Below, one piece after another: positions 36,711 to 49,920 of a stretch of 64,000 bases of DNA. Each line of letters starts with the position of its first letter. Positions within the stretch are counted from its first letter, which is position 1. The translations under genes were made by a program, and so were the position numbers. Source of the DNA: Octopus vulgaris (lineage: Eukaryota); NCBI GenBank assembly GCA_951406725.2, contig OX597819.1, positions 59,644,001 through 59,708,000 of the forward strand, read 5' to 3'. The notes beneath the pieces are model-generated. The model was not told where the DNA came from. It saw only the letters and a list, made by a program, of their open reading frames with translations, and ran no database searches.

Positions 36711-38718
36711 AAATAAAGGAACATATAAGGTGTCATTGTGTCAATCTGTATTTACATGTGTATAAGCATGTGTTGAATAGTTTCTAACGGTATCTGATCT
36801 AATTTGGGTGACTTTTATGGACACCATTTCTTTGTAGCCTTTTGTGAAGTCTGGACTGTTAACTAGCAACACCTAAGAGAACTAGATTATGTAGTGTGCT
36901 CCATTTTTGGCCTCTCATGATTAGACAAGGTAATCTCTGATGAAATTATAGACAACCAAATTGTTCTCTTTCTAAATTGGTCTTCTGAGGACTCTGTTCT
37001 GTTGATGATAAAAGAAACAAACAAATATGCTTGCTACAAGAAACTGTTCTTTAACATTTTTGCTTTATTTACACAACATTGAATTTAACAAAGCAATAAT
37101 ACTTCATGTGCTGTAGTGTTAGAAACTGTACAATTAGTTTGACTGCATGAAACTATGTCAACACTTTCTAGGATTTATTTCCTAGAAAGTGTTCAGTCAA
37201 CTTCAGTTTTGTAAACATTGCAGTCGAAGGCAGAGTTGTCTGTCTGTAAGACACTGGTGTTCTCTTTCATTTTATTTGTTTTAATCTTTGGACTATGACC
37301 ATGTTGGAGCACCACCTTGAAGGGTTTTAGTGAAACAAAACACATGCGAGCACACACACAGAGTTTCCATCTTCCAAATTCACTCACAAGTTTTTGGTTG
37401 ACCTAGGGCTACAGTAAAAGACACTTGCCCACAGTGCCTTGCAGTGGGACTGAACCTGGGACCATGTGTTTGCAAAGCGAGCTTCTTAACCATATTGCTG
37501 TGCTTGGTCTTATTGATAATTGTTTATTTCTCATTCCTTTGATGAAGTGTCCTACCCAAAATGTTAGATTATCTCCTCCTCCCCTCCTCCTCTTCCTCAC
37601 AGCAAACAAACTTTTTCCACTTTTTCTCCTTTCTGCATTTACTATTTACCAACACAGGACATTATTAGTTTTCTCAAATTCTATCCAGTAAGTTATATTA
37701 AGATTGCTAACAATAATAATAATAATTGTAGTTTCAAATGTTTGTCCCAGGTTCAGTAATTCCAGGGTGGGGATTAAGTTGATTACATCGACCCCAGTAT
37801 TCAACTGGTACTTATTTTATTGACCCTGAAAGGATTGAAATCAAAGTTGACTTCAGAACAAAGACGAAATGCTGCTAAGCATTCTGCCCAGCTTGTGAAC
37901 AATTCTGCCAATGATATAATAAGAAGGAAATCGGAACATTGGATAATTGGGAGGAAGAAAATAGTAGTTTAGTCAAAATTAGAAATACCTGAATTGGTCG
38001 CAAATTCTTTTCTCTTTTCTCTTTTCTTTCTAACTTGAGGATGTTTACTACACTACTGCATTCGTTTTGTTAATTGGTATTATCTCATTGTGTTAAGTAT
38101 TTTCCAGCTAAGTAAATCTGAACAAGTGTGTGCAGCTGCTGCTTAGAAAGAGAGAAAATAAAATTTTCTACTTTACCTTTTTTGACAAATTAATTTGAAT
38201 TCTGTAAAAAAAAAAAAAAGAAAGAAAGAAAGAAAAAGCAAACCAGCCATAATTGCTTATTATTTATAATGAATAAAAATGACTGTTCTGGAAAGATATT
38301 TTTGATGGAACCAGGAGTTTACTCATTTCTTTTGAGTATAGCATGATCAAATTAGCTTTGATTCATTCATTATTATTAGCAGTAGACTGTATTATATAAA
38401 TAATCCTGCTATAAAAATCCCAAGTTTAAAACCATTTTGAGCTATTGTGTGAAAACCTTCAAGTTTCAGTATATCCTGATAATAATAATTCTTATTATTC
38501 AAACCTAAGAAAGAAAAATTTAGGTGATTTTTAGTCAATACCCCAGAGATGGAATTTTTTTTTCTTTTTAAATTAGGACATCAGTTTCTAATCATTCCAT
38601 TTTGCAGTGACCATCAACAAATCTCAAAATTAGTCATTCAACATTATTGGCCATGACTTAACTTTCTAAGATTTTCTCACTTTGTATATAATTGTGTTAA
38701 ATGCATTGTGGTTTAGAG

Positions 38719-38878
38719 CAGTGCTCTGCAGCTGGTATGCCATGGCACACTGTTGTGTCACAAAACGACGCTAGGTGTGCCACAATGTTACCTGAATATA
38801 ATTTTTTTCGCTGTGCTTTTAATTATACTTTTAGTTCAGGTGTGGTAGCGCAAGTGAAAAAAGGTTGCAGAGCACATG
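38719..38878. mobile_element. hAT (Charlie-like) MITE
   Basis: CAGTGCTCTGCAGC ... GGTTGCAGAGCAC inverted termini; TSD not preserved. Confidence 0.5.
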
Positions 38879-39201
38879 TTCCCATCGAATTCAGATAAAA
38901 GAAAAAAGCCAATGACATTGCAGTCAGAAACACAAATTATGCTTGAGACATTTTCTTAAAGAAAATTCATTGAATTACATGGAAACAATATGGAAACATG
39001 TATCATCATCCCAGTAGATGGTGGTAGGGCAGTGTATTGTATTGAGACAGTATGGTTAACTAGTTTTGTTAGACCACATCATCTTTGATAATCTCTTGTA
39101 ATGACTGTGTGAGCACATTTGGGTATCAGCATGCATTCCCCAAAACTAGGCTTCCTTTTCATGGACTTACTAAAAAGTATTGTTGGCTTGTAACAATGGT
39201 A

Positions 39202-39204
<3 letters not shown>

Positions 39205-39280
<76 letters not shown>
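39205..39280. repeat. (CT)n microsatellite
   Basis: Uninterrupted TC run. Confidence 0.98.
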
Positions 39281-39288
<8 letters not shown>

Positions 39289-39800
39289 AATTCCTTAAGC
39301 TGCACCAAAAAGAAGGTCATTTGACTACTAGGCACCTTAGGCAAATATTCAATCCCCAGCATGTTACAACCACCCACTCACAGATACATTACTTCTCACT
39401 TCCTCTTCTAGCATCACTGCAATGGTCTCTGTTACAACTAGCTGTGTCCCAACTCTTCTCTCTACACACCATTCCTTTTCTCTTTATTTTCACTATGTGC
39501 TTCTTTACTTCATACACTACACTAAATACTTTTCACAATCGTTTCTACCACTTGCAACCCTTTGGAATTCCTCACCTAACCATGCTTTTCTCATAAAAAT
39601 CTACCTGCAGAAGCTCCAACATTAATGTATCAATCTTCCTATTGTGAGATAATTTTCAGAAGTAATGGAATGGATGCTGTACCTCTTCTGACTAATTAAA
39701 ATAATAATAATAAAAGTGGCACTTCAACCCGATGAACTACCTGGAAGTTAGTACTTTCAGAGTTTCAGTGATGTTGCATAAATAAGGATCTGTATCTCAA

Positions 39801-39837
<37 letters not shown>

Positions 39838-40014
39838 TTTTTACTTGTTTCAGTCATTTGACTGTGGCCATGCTGGAACACCGTCTTTAGTCGAGCAAAT
39901 CAAACCCCAGGACTTATTCTGTCAGTGTCTTTTGCCAATCTGCTAAGTTACGGGGGTGTAAACGCACCAGCATCAGTTGTCAAGCGATGTTGGGAGGACA
40001 AACACAGACACACA

Positions 40015-40080
<66 letters not shown>

Positions 40081-40354
40081 ATGGGCTTCTTTTAGTTTCC
40101 ATCTACCAAATCCACTCAAAGGTTATAGTAGAAGACACTTGCCCAAAGTGCCATGCAGTGGGACTGAACCTGGAACCATGTGGTTGGTAAGCAAGCTACT
40201 CACCCCACAGGTACTCCTGCATATATATATGCAGTAAAAAATTAGATTCAGATGAATATGGTACTTAAGTTGAGGCACCAGAATTTAGTATGATATTATC
40301 CATATAATTTAAAATAACATGATTATACTCAAAATAAGCAACAAGGATATTCAG

Positions 40355-40613
40355 GTAATGCAGTACGATTGTTTTATGCTACTCCATTTAATTGAACAAT
40401 GCAAACATTACATCAATTTAAAACATAGAATTTAATTAAATTTGAAGGACACATTAGTATAATGTGTCCTTCAAATTTATGGTAATGTGTCCTTCAAATT
40501 TAATTAAATTCTATGTTTTTTGTGCAGCTGAAGGTTGCTCTACATTTTAAATTGATGTAATGTTTGCATTGTTCAATTAAATGGAGTAACATGAAGCGAT
40601 CATACTGCACTAC
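40355..40613. repeat. Long inverted repeat / fold-back palindrome
   Basis: 40381-40423 is the exact reverse complement of 40545-40587, and 40420-40456 of 40483-40519. Outer arms differ only by transitions. Confidence 0.95.
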
Positions 40614-43433
40614 TGCTTGGCACATCCCTCTGGCTTGCTGGATCCTGTCAAACCATCCAACCCATGCCAGCATGGAAAGCAAACATTAAATGATTATGAT
40701 GATATGTGACGAAGTTTCAATTAATGAATGACAAAGAACAAGAGTTACATAATCACTTTCATTAGCTTGCAGCTGTTGCTGCTGTATGAAACATTGCACC
40801 CAGAGCTGAGTGTTCATGCAAAATCTTATAGTTCCTTGTATGTGTGTGTGTCACACTCTGTCATTCCACTGGATCTAAAGAAAATACCTGTAAAACTCTA
40901 AATATGTTTCCTTTTAAAAATGCATTCCAGGTAATTTTCACTGCATTTTTTGTTTTGTTTTGTTTTAATAATCTTCTCTGTATTGTAAAGGAAATGGGAT
41001 AATGCTACAGATTTTGTTCAGATGCACTTTCTTAAAATTTGATGGAATGGTTATGGGATGAGATGTATCAAATTTTTTTGGTTCAAGATGAAATTGAACT
41101 TACTTCTACTCATGAAACATGATCTGTTTCTTGGTTATATTAATCTCTTTTCCTGTTTAGTTGACAAAAAGCTTAATGGGCCATGATTGAGATAGTCATA
41201 GTTGAAGGAGAGGTTTCAATATCAGCTAATTAATGTTCGCTATCCAAAAGGAATGGAAGCATGTCAAATTGCAAACTTATAAACAATGTTTTATTGATGT
41301 ATTAAGTTCCAGTACAAAGCAAGTTCACTTAGTACGATGCATATTGATCGATCTCTTTTTGCCTTGGCATAAGATTTTGGTTATTGAGCCAATGAGGGAG
41401 TCTATACACAGCCTTTTGATTTGTTAGAAATAGCTGTCAAATCTCCTGTAAATCACACGTTAGCATTTTTTTATTTTGAATGGTGCATTGGAATAATGTA
41501 ATCTAAAGTGCACTATTACTGTAAAAATATGGTTGGATAGTTATTGGATGACAGCCTTGAATCATAGGTCTGTGTGATCAGGTCTGACAGGACTAATCAA
41601 CAAAAACAATCTTAATTAGTTTTGTTTAGGCCTGTATAGTATTTTGAATTGAATCCAGAATATCGTACAACATTATCTTTTGTTTTTCACTTGTTCCAAT
41701 CATTAATCTGCATCCATGATGGGGCACCAGCTTGGATGGTTTTAGTTGAATAAACAAAACCCCACCCTGCCCCGAGTACTTATTTTTTTTAAAGTCTGGT
41801 ACTTATGCTATCAGCCTCTTTTGCTGAAATGCTAAGCTTTGGGGACATAAGCAAATCAACATTGATTATCAACCAGGGTGGGAAAAACACATACACACAG
41901 ACATATATGTATATATAAATGTATATACATATGTATATATCTGTATGGAAAAATGGAAAAATACATATTAAGTACAGGACATCACCAACAAGCGAAAAAT
42001 ATGTAAACACACTACGAGAGACAAGTACGAGACAAAATACCAAAAGAAGTCCAACTCCTCCTCAGTTGTCGACTGTTTCTTACTACCTGTTTCGAGCTTT
42101 TAACGACAGGACAGGAAAACTTCATAAGACAGCAGCATCCAGAAATTTTAAAAATATAAAATTTGTGGAGAGTTAGGACTTCAAACAAACAGACGACACC
42201 AGAGTAGATGTACGGAAACGATCGATGAAGACAGATTCTTTGGGCCGTTAGGCCAAGACGAATTGTAATGGGTAATGCCTGAGAGAAATTTTGAAAGGAT
42301 ATACAAATAAATAGAAGAGAAAAAGTGCATGTCTATATGTGTATACAATGGACTTCTACAGTTTCTGTGTACCAAATTCACTCACAGAGTATTGGTTCGC
42401 CTGGGGCTATAATAGGAAACATTTGCCCAAGGTGCTGTGCAGTGGCACTGAACTTAAACCCACATGGTTGCAAAGCAATCTTCTTAACCCACACAGCCAC
42501 GCCCGAGTTACTTATTTTTATCAAACTTATTTGAACTCTATGCATTTACTTAGCAAACTAGTTACAGTAGAGTCTTGTGGCCTTCTGTCTCAATTTTCTC
42601 TAATAGCCTTCACTCACATTGAATATTATTGTTAGTACTATAACAATATTTTATTATAGTGTTACCTGAAGCTTGTATAACCCTGAGGTTGATGCTAATC
42701 AATACAATTCACTTTACCTAAAGTTTCACTCCTAATTAAAGATCTATTCCCCCACCCTACCCGTAACGATTACATTACAATCAGATAACATGTTAACATA
42801 TTGAATTGATTTCTGTTAAAGGCATTGTTATACAAATACAAATAAAATATCCTCTTACCACTATTTCATTTATTAAAACCTCAATGAAGTTGATTGTGCC
42901 AACATATATTGACTGCCATTGGAATTGGCACGATTCTGCCAAAGTTTTCAGGTGAAAACAAAGTTCTCTGATTTCTTTTTAATTTGAAAAGATTTTTTTA
43001 AAAGCCAGTTTGTGCTATTCCAAAATCTCCTGCTTCTAATGATTTATTATTATTATTATTATTGCCTTTCAGTAGTTATCATTATTATAGGGTGGGGGAA
43101 TGGCAGAATAGAACACTAGACGAAATGCCAAACGGTATTTGTTATAGCTTTTTACATTCAGAATTAAAATCCTACTGAGGTTAACTTTGCCTTTTATCCC
43201 ACCTACATCAAGAAAATACATGTGGCCCCTCTGATGGTTGCAGTTATGACAAGGGAGATAATCATTTTGTCTTAGTATTAAGCAGGATTAGAAATTTGGG
43301 ATTGAAATGGAATTATACTCTCTTTTACTTGTTTCAGTCATTTGACTGTGGCCATGCTGGAACACTACGTAAACACACCAGCATCAGTTGTCAAGCGATG
43401 TTGGGGTGATAAACATATACACACACAAATACG

Positions 43434-43478
<45 letters not shown>

Positions 43479-44183
43479 GGCTTCATTCAATTTCTGTCTA
43501 CCAAATCCACTCACCGACTTTGGTCGGTCCTAGGCTATAGTAGAAGACACTTGCCCAAGGTACCACGCAGTGGGACTGAACCCGGAACCATGTGGTTCAT
43601 AAGCAAGCTACTTACCACACAGCCACTCCTATGCCTATGAAAAATATGTGCAAAATTCACATATCAATTTGTTTATTTACTTAATACAATAAAGTATCAG
43701 TCTAAGTACAAGAGTCAAGAGTATTGACTAACTTCTGCCTCTTAAAATATTGGTCTTTGGTCCAATTCAGAAATCATTGTTAAAGGTAGTGAATTGGCAG
43801 AAACAATAGTGTGGGGGATATAATACCTTGTGGTATTTAGTTATTTCCCTTCATGTTGTTAGTTCTCATCCCTTGAAGGTCAATATAAGAACCAACCAAT
43901 CAAAAACTGAAATTAATTAAATAGGTTGACATAATCATTGCTGTAAACTTGAGTCTGAGCTTGAAACCCTTATTGTTATCACAGAAGATGGGTTTTGAAT
44001 TTTCTCAAGTCATATTTCTGAATGTCTGTTAATTAATGTTTGGCCTTCATTTAAATAATAGCCATATCTCAATTAAGATCAACTTGTCTTTTCATCAGAT
44101 TGGATCAATAAAATATGTGAATCTCATACACTGATATTAATTCAATCAACTATACAATGCCCAACAGTGTTGTGAGTTTGTGC

Positions 44184-44243
<60 letters not shown>

Positions 44244-44246
44244 TAT

Positions 44247-44903
44247 TAAGGTGGCAAGCTGGCTGAATCATTAGCACACTGGATAAGATGCTTAATGGCA
44301 TTTCATCTGTCTTTACTTTCTGAGTGCAAGTACTGCCAAGGTCTACTTTGCCTTTCATCCTTTTGAGATCGATGATAAGTACCAGTTGAGCACTGGGGTC
44401 AATGTAATTGACTAGCTCCTCCTCCTTTTCCTCCTTGTGCCTATAGTCAAAAGAATTATTATTATTGTGGAAAGGTGGCAGTAACATTAACACAACAGAC
44501 AAAATGCTTAGTGGTATTTTTTCCAGTTCTGAGTTACAATCCTCCGAGGTCAGCTTTGCCTTTCATCCTTTAAGGGGTCAATAAAATAAGTATCTGGCAA
44601 GCTTTGAGGTTGTTGTAATCAACTCGCCCCCTACTCTCCTCAAAATTGCTGGCCTTGTGCCAAAATTAGAAATAATAGTAATAATAATAATCCTTTCTAT
44701 TGGGGGTACAAGGCCTCAGATTTGTTGGGAGGGGACTAGTCGATTATATCGACCCCAGTGTTTCACTGGTACTTAATTTATCAACCCCAAAAGGATGAAA
44801 AGCAAAGTCGACCTCGGCAGAATTTGAACTCAGAACATAGTGACAGGCAAAATACCGTTTAGCATTTCTCCTGGCATGCTAATGATTCTGCCCGCTTGCC
44901 ACC

Positions 44904-44905
<2 letters not shown>
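44247..44905. mobile_element. Three family A SINEs (+,+,-) between (TTA)n and (TAA)n tracts
   Basis: Copies at 44247-44456(+), 44472-44672(+) and 44690-44905(-); the last pair is tail-to-tail. Confidence 0.8.
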
Positions 44906-44939
<34 letters not shown>

Positions 44940-45459
44940 TCGTTGCTGTGGCATTATTGAGGACAAGATCTTTGGATTCATGTGCATCACATTCTTAGCA
45001 ACATCTAGTAATGACTTCTCTCTGCTTTTGTTTAACTACAATTAGAGAGAAGTGGGTTGCCATTTTGTTGTTGCTTTTTAATCTGTTTAAGCCAGAATGT
45101 GGAAACCTTGAAGTGAGAGCTGTCAGTTGCTAAGCAGTATGAAAAATTACAGTTATTTTTATTTTTAACAACCCTGAGATGTATGAATTAATATCACTTG
45201 AAATCAATTTCTTTTTTAGTTTAGATCAGTTTCTAATTATGCTATTTTGCAGCATGAATCATCAAATTTCAAACATGATCATTGAATGAGATTTAATTTA
45301 CCAATGTTTTACTTATTCATTTACAGCTAGAGTTCTCAAACGTTTGCTTCTGGTGTACCCTTAATCATGGCATCCAACCATTTTACAATAATGTCTGGTG
45401 TACCTCTTTACTTGAGGTATACCAAACATAGAAAATAGACACGTATTGTTATTTACATG

Positions 45460-45720
45460 ATCACGTGATCAACCACACTATCAAATGTTGTTAGATATCA
45501 CTAATCACAATGCGCTTTGCATTGTTTTAGCTTTCATATGATGCCACCCTGCTGGTTAGGCGAGCAGGCCAACATTCCCCAGGGTGTACCCACTTAAAGC
45601 TGAGTGAAATGAAGTATTTTGCTCAGGAACACAGTGCACAGCTGAGTTGGGGAATCAAACCCACAATCTAGCGATCTTGAGTACAACACCCTAACCACTA
45701 GGCCACATGCCCTCACATTA
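45460..45720 (-). mobile_element. tRNA-derived SINE (D-like head, tail type 2)
   Basis: Head GTGGCCTAGTGGTTAGGGTG..GTGTTCCTGAGCAAAATACTTCATTTCAC; tail matches 52310-52420. Confidence 0.7.
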
Positions 45721-46143
45721 CTTGTTATTTATGTTAGAGTTCAAATCCCATTAAAATCAGCTTTGCCTCTCGGCCTTCTGCTCCAGTAAAATAGAGTATT
45801 GGGGTCAGTATAATTGACTACTGAGGGTAGACCACAAGCTAGATGGATAATATCTATAGTCTCAGTTGGCCACACTTGGAAATCCAGCTGGAAAATTTAA
45901 TAATAGTTGCTTCTGATAGGACCCTATGGAGGAAGTGTCCAAGGACTCCACTCCCATGACCCTCCTAAGAGGTTGAATGGATTAAAATCTGGTATCCTTA
46001 GAATATAAATGGTCAATAGCAGCATAATATACCCATTAATAATTACAGATATTTTACTGATCCACTAAGAAGTCTTGATTATTTTGAGAATTAATTTAAA
46101 TATTCATGCTGTTTACTTGTTAGAAATGTAGTAAGAAAAATTA

Positions 46144-46357
46144 TTAACCCTTTAGCAGTTAATCTGGCCCAAATATTCTACCTGTTTTATCTTCAAACTG
46201 GTCAGATCCGACCTCTCACACCTATTCTACAATGTCTTTTTGAAAATAAACAATCACATCATCAAAATCTCAAAGCTATGAGAATACATGATAAATTAAA
46301 CACAGTGGATAAATAAGTGTTACATTTGACAGAGTAATTGTAATGCTAAAGGGTTAA
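46144..46357. mobile_element. piggyBac-type MITE family 2, cleanest copy
   Basis: TTAA (46144-46147) CCCTTTAGCA ... TGCTAAAGGG TTAA (46354-46357). Siblings at ~55232-55456, 58137-58358 (inverted) and 17490-18100 (SINE-interrupted). Confidence 0.85.
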
Positions 46358-47480
46358 AGCTGCTGGCATACTTAGCATACAATTTGTAAGTTAAATCCCT
46401 ATTATAGACATTACATTATCTATTCTTAATGGCAGACATTCCTCTGATATTTTGTCTGGCCAAAAAATAGACACTGCTACTTCACTTTTTAATGATTAGT
46501 GCTAGATAGATAATCCAACTACAAAATATTTCAATAATTTATGAAAAAAATCTAAATTTAGGAACCATTCCATTAAAGAAAAAAAAAACATCCAATATAG
46601 CTTGAGAAAAAGAAACAAAATGAAAATAAAAAATTGGATGAAATTAATCTACCATTGGCTGAAAATATTGATTTTTTTTTTTAATTTTTGACTTTTTTCA
46701 GCAGGATTTTAAAAAATGTAAAAGAAAGAAAGAATAATGTAACTTGTTATTGTGCACATTACCGTCATTCCTTGCATCCAACATATTTAACTACCAAAAT
46801 GTTAGGTGTTACTGCCACCCCATCCACTGCCAGCGTTTTTGCTTGATTGATTGCTTACTTGCTTCAGTGTCTTCTCTGGTATTTCAGAAGCTACTGAAGC
46901 TAGGAAGTCCAAATGTTCTGTGAATGATTGCTAAGGAAAATAACAACAAAAAAGCAAATTATTACAAATTTTAATTTTTTTTTTTTTACTTCACTTCTTT
47001 AGCAATATATGTGGATGCATGATGGACAAGTTACGGATTATACAAAAACGAAATCAGTGATAAGGAAATAAAATGAATGTTATACAAAAATGAAATCAGT
47101 TACTTAAAGAAAAAAATGTTTATTCACACAGATACATACATAGCAATATAATTTCTTTCTGCTAAAGGTGTGTTGAACAGTTACTAGTGCAAATTAGATG
47201 CCCCCATATGTAAAGAAAAATCTATTTTATTTATTCACTTTTTGTTCGATACTGAGGCAAATATTTCTGGCTATATATCAGAATGGGAAGAGCAACATAT
47301 TGAATGTAGATACTTGCATAGTTAGTTAGTAACCAGAAATCAATGAAAGTAAGCTCTGTTTAAGTTGACCAAGTTCCCATTCATGTGAAGGAAAATAAAG
47401 AATTGTTATTAATTCCTTAGCTATTTATGCTAATGATATTCCCACGGGCTACAAGGGCTTATAGAGCTAATAGGTAGTTA

Positions 47481-47695
47481 GCTATGGGCCATGATATTAA
47501 GGCACAAGACAGAAACATTTTTTTTTTTTTTTTGATAAAATGCCAAGTTGTTCATTACTTGCAGCAGCAAGGTGAACTTGGGGATATAAAAAGGAGCTAT
47601 GGGCCAGATATTAAGGGACAAGAAAGAAACATTTTTTGGATAAAATGCCAAGCTGTTTGTTACTTGCATCAGTTGAATGAACTTGGGATTATAAA
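47481..47695 (+). repeat. Two diverged tandem copies of a ~110-115 bp unit
   Basis: GCTATGGGCCA..GATATTAAGG..GATAAAATGCCAAG..TGAACTTGGG at 47481 and 47596. Confidence 0.85.
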
Positions 47696-49399
47696 CTGGT
47701 GTCTTGTTCAGAGAAACAATGAGGTCACTTGTGATGATTATCAATTCATGTCCTATGAACTAGTAGTCTAAATATTATGCTTATTTATTCATCATTTTAT
47801 GTCCACTTTTCTGTGCTTGTATGGGTCAGATGGAATTTATTGAAGCAGATTTTCTACAGTTGGATGCTGTTCCTATCACCAGACCTCACTTATTCTCAAG
47901 CAAGGTAATATAGCTAGACATATTTTTCACAGAAGACTGGAAACGCTTGTTTGATGGTGATGCTCATTTACAACCTTCATGTGGTGTCAAGATAAGGGTG
48001 CACACACACACATACACACACATTCCAACCCATGCCAGCATTGAACATGGACATTTCCTGTTGTTGATGATGATGATGATGATGATATACATATATATGA
48101 TCAGCCTTGAGCTATAGTAAGAAACATTTGACCAAGGTGCTGTGCAGTGGGACTGAACCCAAGCCCACATGATCAGGAAGCAAGCTTCCTAACTACACAC
48201 CCATTAACTATTGTTAATACATTGAACTTAGTAGAGCCATTATTGTAGAACATGAGCTAATATAAACTCGGTGGGGTTGGGAATATTCTTGTTTGTTTTT
48301 TTTTTTTCAAGAGAATTGCTTTTTGATTAATTTTGGTCAACTGGAGGCATCTACTTAGTGGCTAATTCGTACGCTAATTAGACTAATGGTAACCCAATTT
48401 GTTTATTATCATTTCTTTCTTATCATTACTTGTATAAATTTAGTTACCAATTTCAGAAGTATGTGAACTAGGCTGTTAAGTTAGGATAAGGAAATTTTAG
48501 CTTCTAATTGAATGTGCTTTCATTGATTTCTGGTCAATATCTTAACCAATTAGGCATTAGAGTCAAACTTCCATGCATGGATTGATGGTGATTATTACTG
48601 TCTGGTTTTAATGATTGAAAGCAAAGAATGAGTTCTTTTTGATAGAAACCTTCTGGAGACCATTCCTGATTCTTATGACACTTAGCGTTTTCATTTTAAA
48701 GTGTTCATATTTGAATCAAATCTTCCATAATTTTATGTGGGAAGTCTGTTAAGTTGTTAACACCAGCTTCATTAGGAGAAAGTTAATTATTTCATCAAAT
48801 GAATGATCCCTTCAAATTCTTGATTATTTTTACAAATAATTGAATCATATTGGAATGTATTGCAATATGAATATGGTTACAAAATAGTTATGCTTTCATT
48901 TGTCATTCCCGGAGGAGCAATAAGGTCTATTTTGACTTTTCCCTGTGATCCCAATGTATTTCAAAATTTTTCAATTTATGTACATTTCTTTTGCTTGATA
49001 TAACTACAGGAATTGTGTGTGTGTGTGTGTGTGTGTGTTCAGGCAAGGCTGCATGGTCAAGGATCTTCAGTTCGATTATGTGGCACCTTGGACAGTTGTT
49101 TTCTTACTATAGCTCCAGACCAAGAAAGCCTTGTTAGTGGATTTGGTAGATAGAAACAGAAAGAAGCCCATCATATATGTCCTTGTCTTGACATCATGTG
49201 ACAGTTGTAAAGAAGCATCAATGTTATGCAACTGACATTGTTTGTTACCAATCTCATGTGAAAAATATGTCTAGCTACGAAGAAATATTACCTTGGTCGG
49301 CAACAGGAAGGGCATTTGGCCATGGAAAATGTGCCTCAATGAATTCTATCTGACCCTGCAAGCATGGTTCAGATGTAATATACATACATACACATATAC

Positions 49400-49920
49400 C
49401 TCACAGATCATCGGATGCTGGTCACAATGTGCGTTCAATTCTGTCTTGATTGTGCCATTCTTTTCCATCTAGACCCAAATTGCTTGACTAAATCATCTTT
49501 CCATCATCATGGAGGCCTTCCAAGTGGCTTTTCCCAATCTCTTGGATGCCACTCAGCAACTGCACAGGTCCACCTGTTGCCCGTGAACCTTGCAACATGT
49601 CCAGCCCAATAGAACTTGTACTTTTGGTACTATGTGATCTCATCATTTGTTCTGTTCTTGAATTATCTCATTTCAAATGTACTCTCTTAATGATGTTACC
49701 CACATGGATCTTTTCATGGCCCTTTGCATTGTATCCAATTGATGTTCTATCCTCTTCATAGTAGCCCACATCTCACTTGTGTATAAGAGTGCAGGTACAA
49801 CAGTGCTATTGAGTCTGACATATATGGCATTGTCTAGCTTAGTTTGGAACTCGTCCTTTATTGATTAAATGCTTTCCATCCTGCCCTTATTCTCTTTTGA
49901 GATTTCAGCATCCATATATA
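49400..49920 (-). mobile_element. RTE-clade LINE 3' fragment (second family)
   Basis: Minus strand WAGHVARFTGNRWTCAVAEWHPRDWEKPLGRPP..WKDDL..W..MAQSR is a classic RTE ORF C-terminus. Confidence 0.85.

Noticed and set aside
36780-37180. Tc1/mariner remnant (NSPDFT on minus); similar hint at 28200-28540
   Set aside because: Single short motifs with no TIRs identified.
40340-40385. Complete hammerhead in the left arm of the palindrome (GAAA-CGATCG-TA ... CTGAATA)
   Set aside because: The core lacks G8, the GAAA is only a reconstructed consensus, and stems I and II do not form convincingly.
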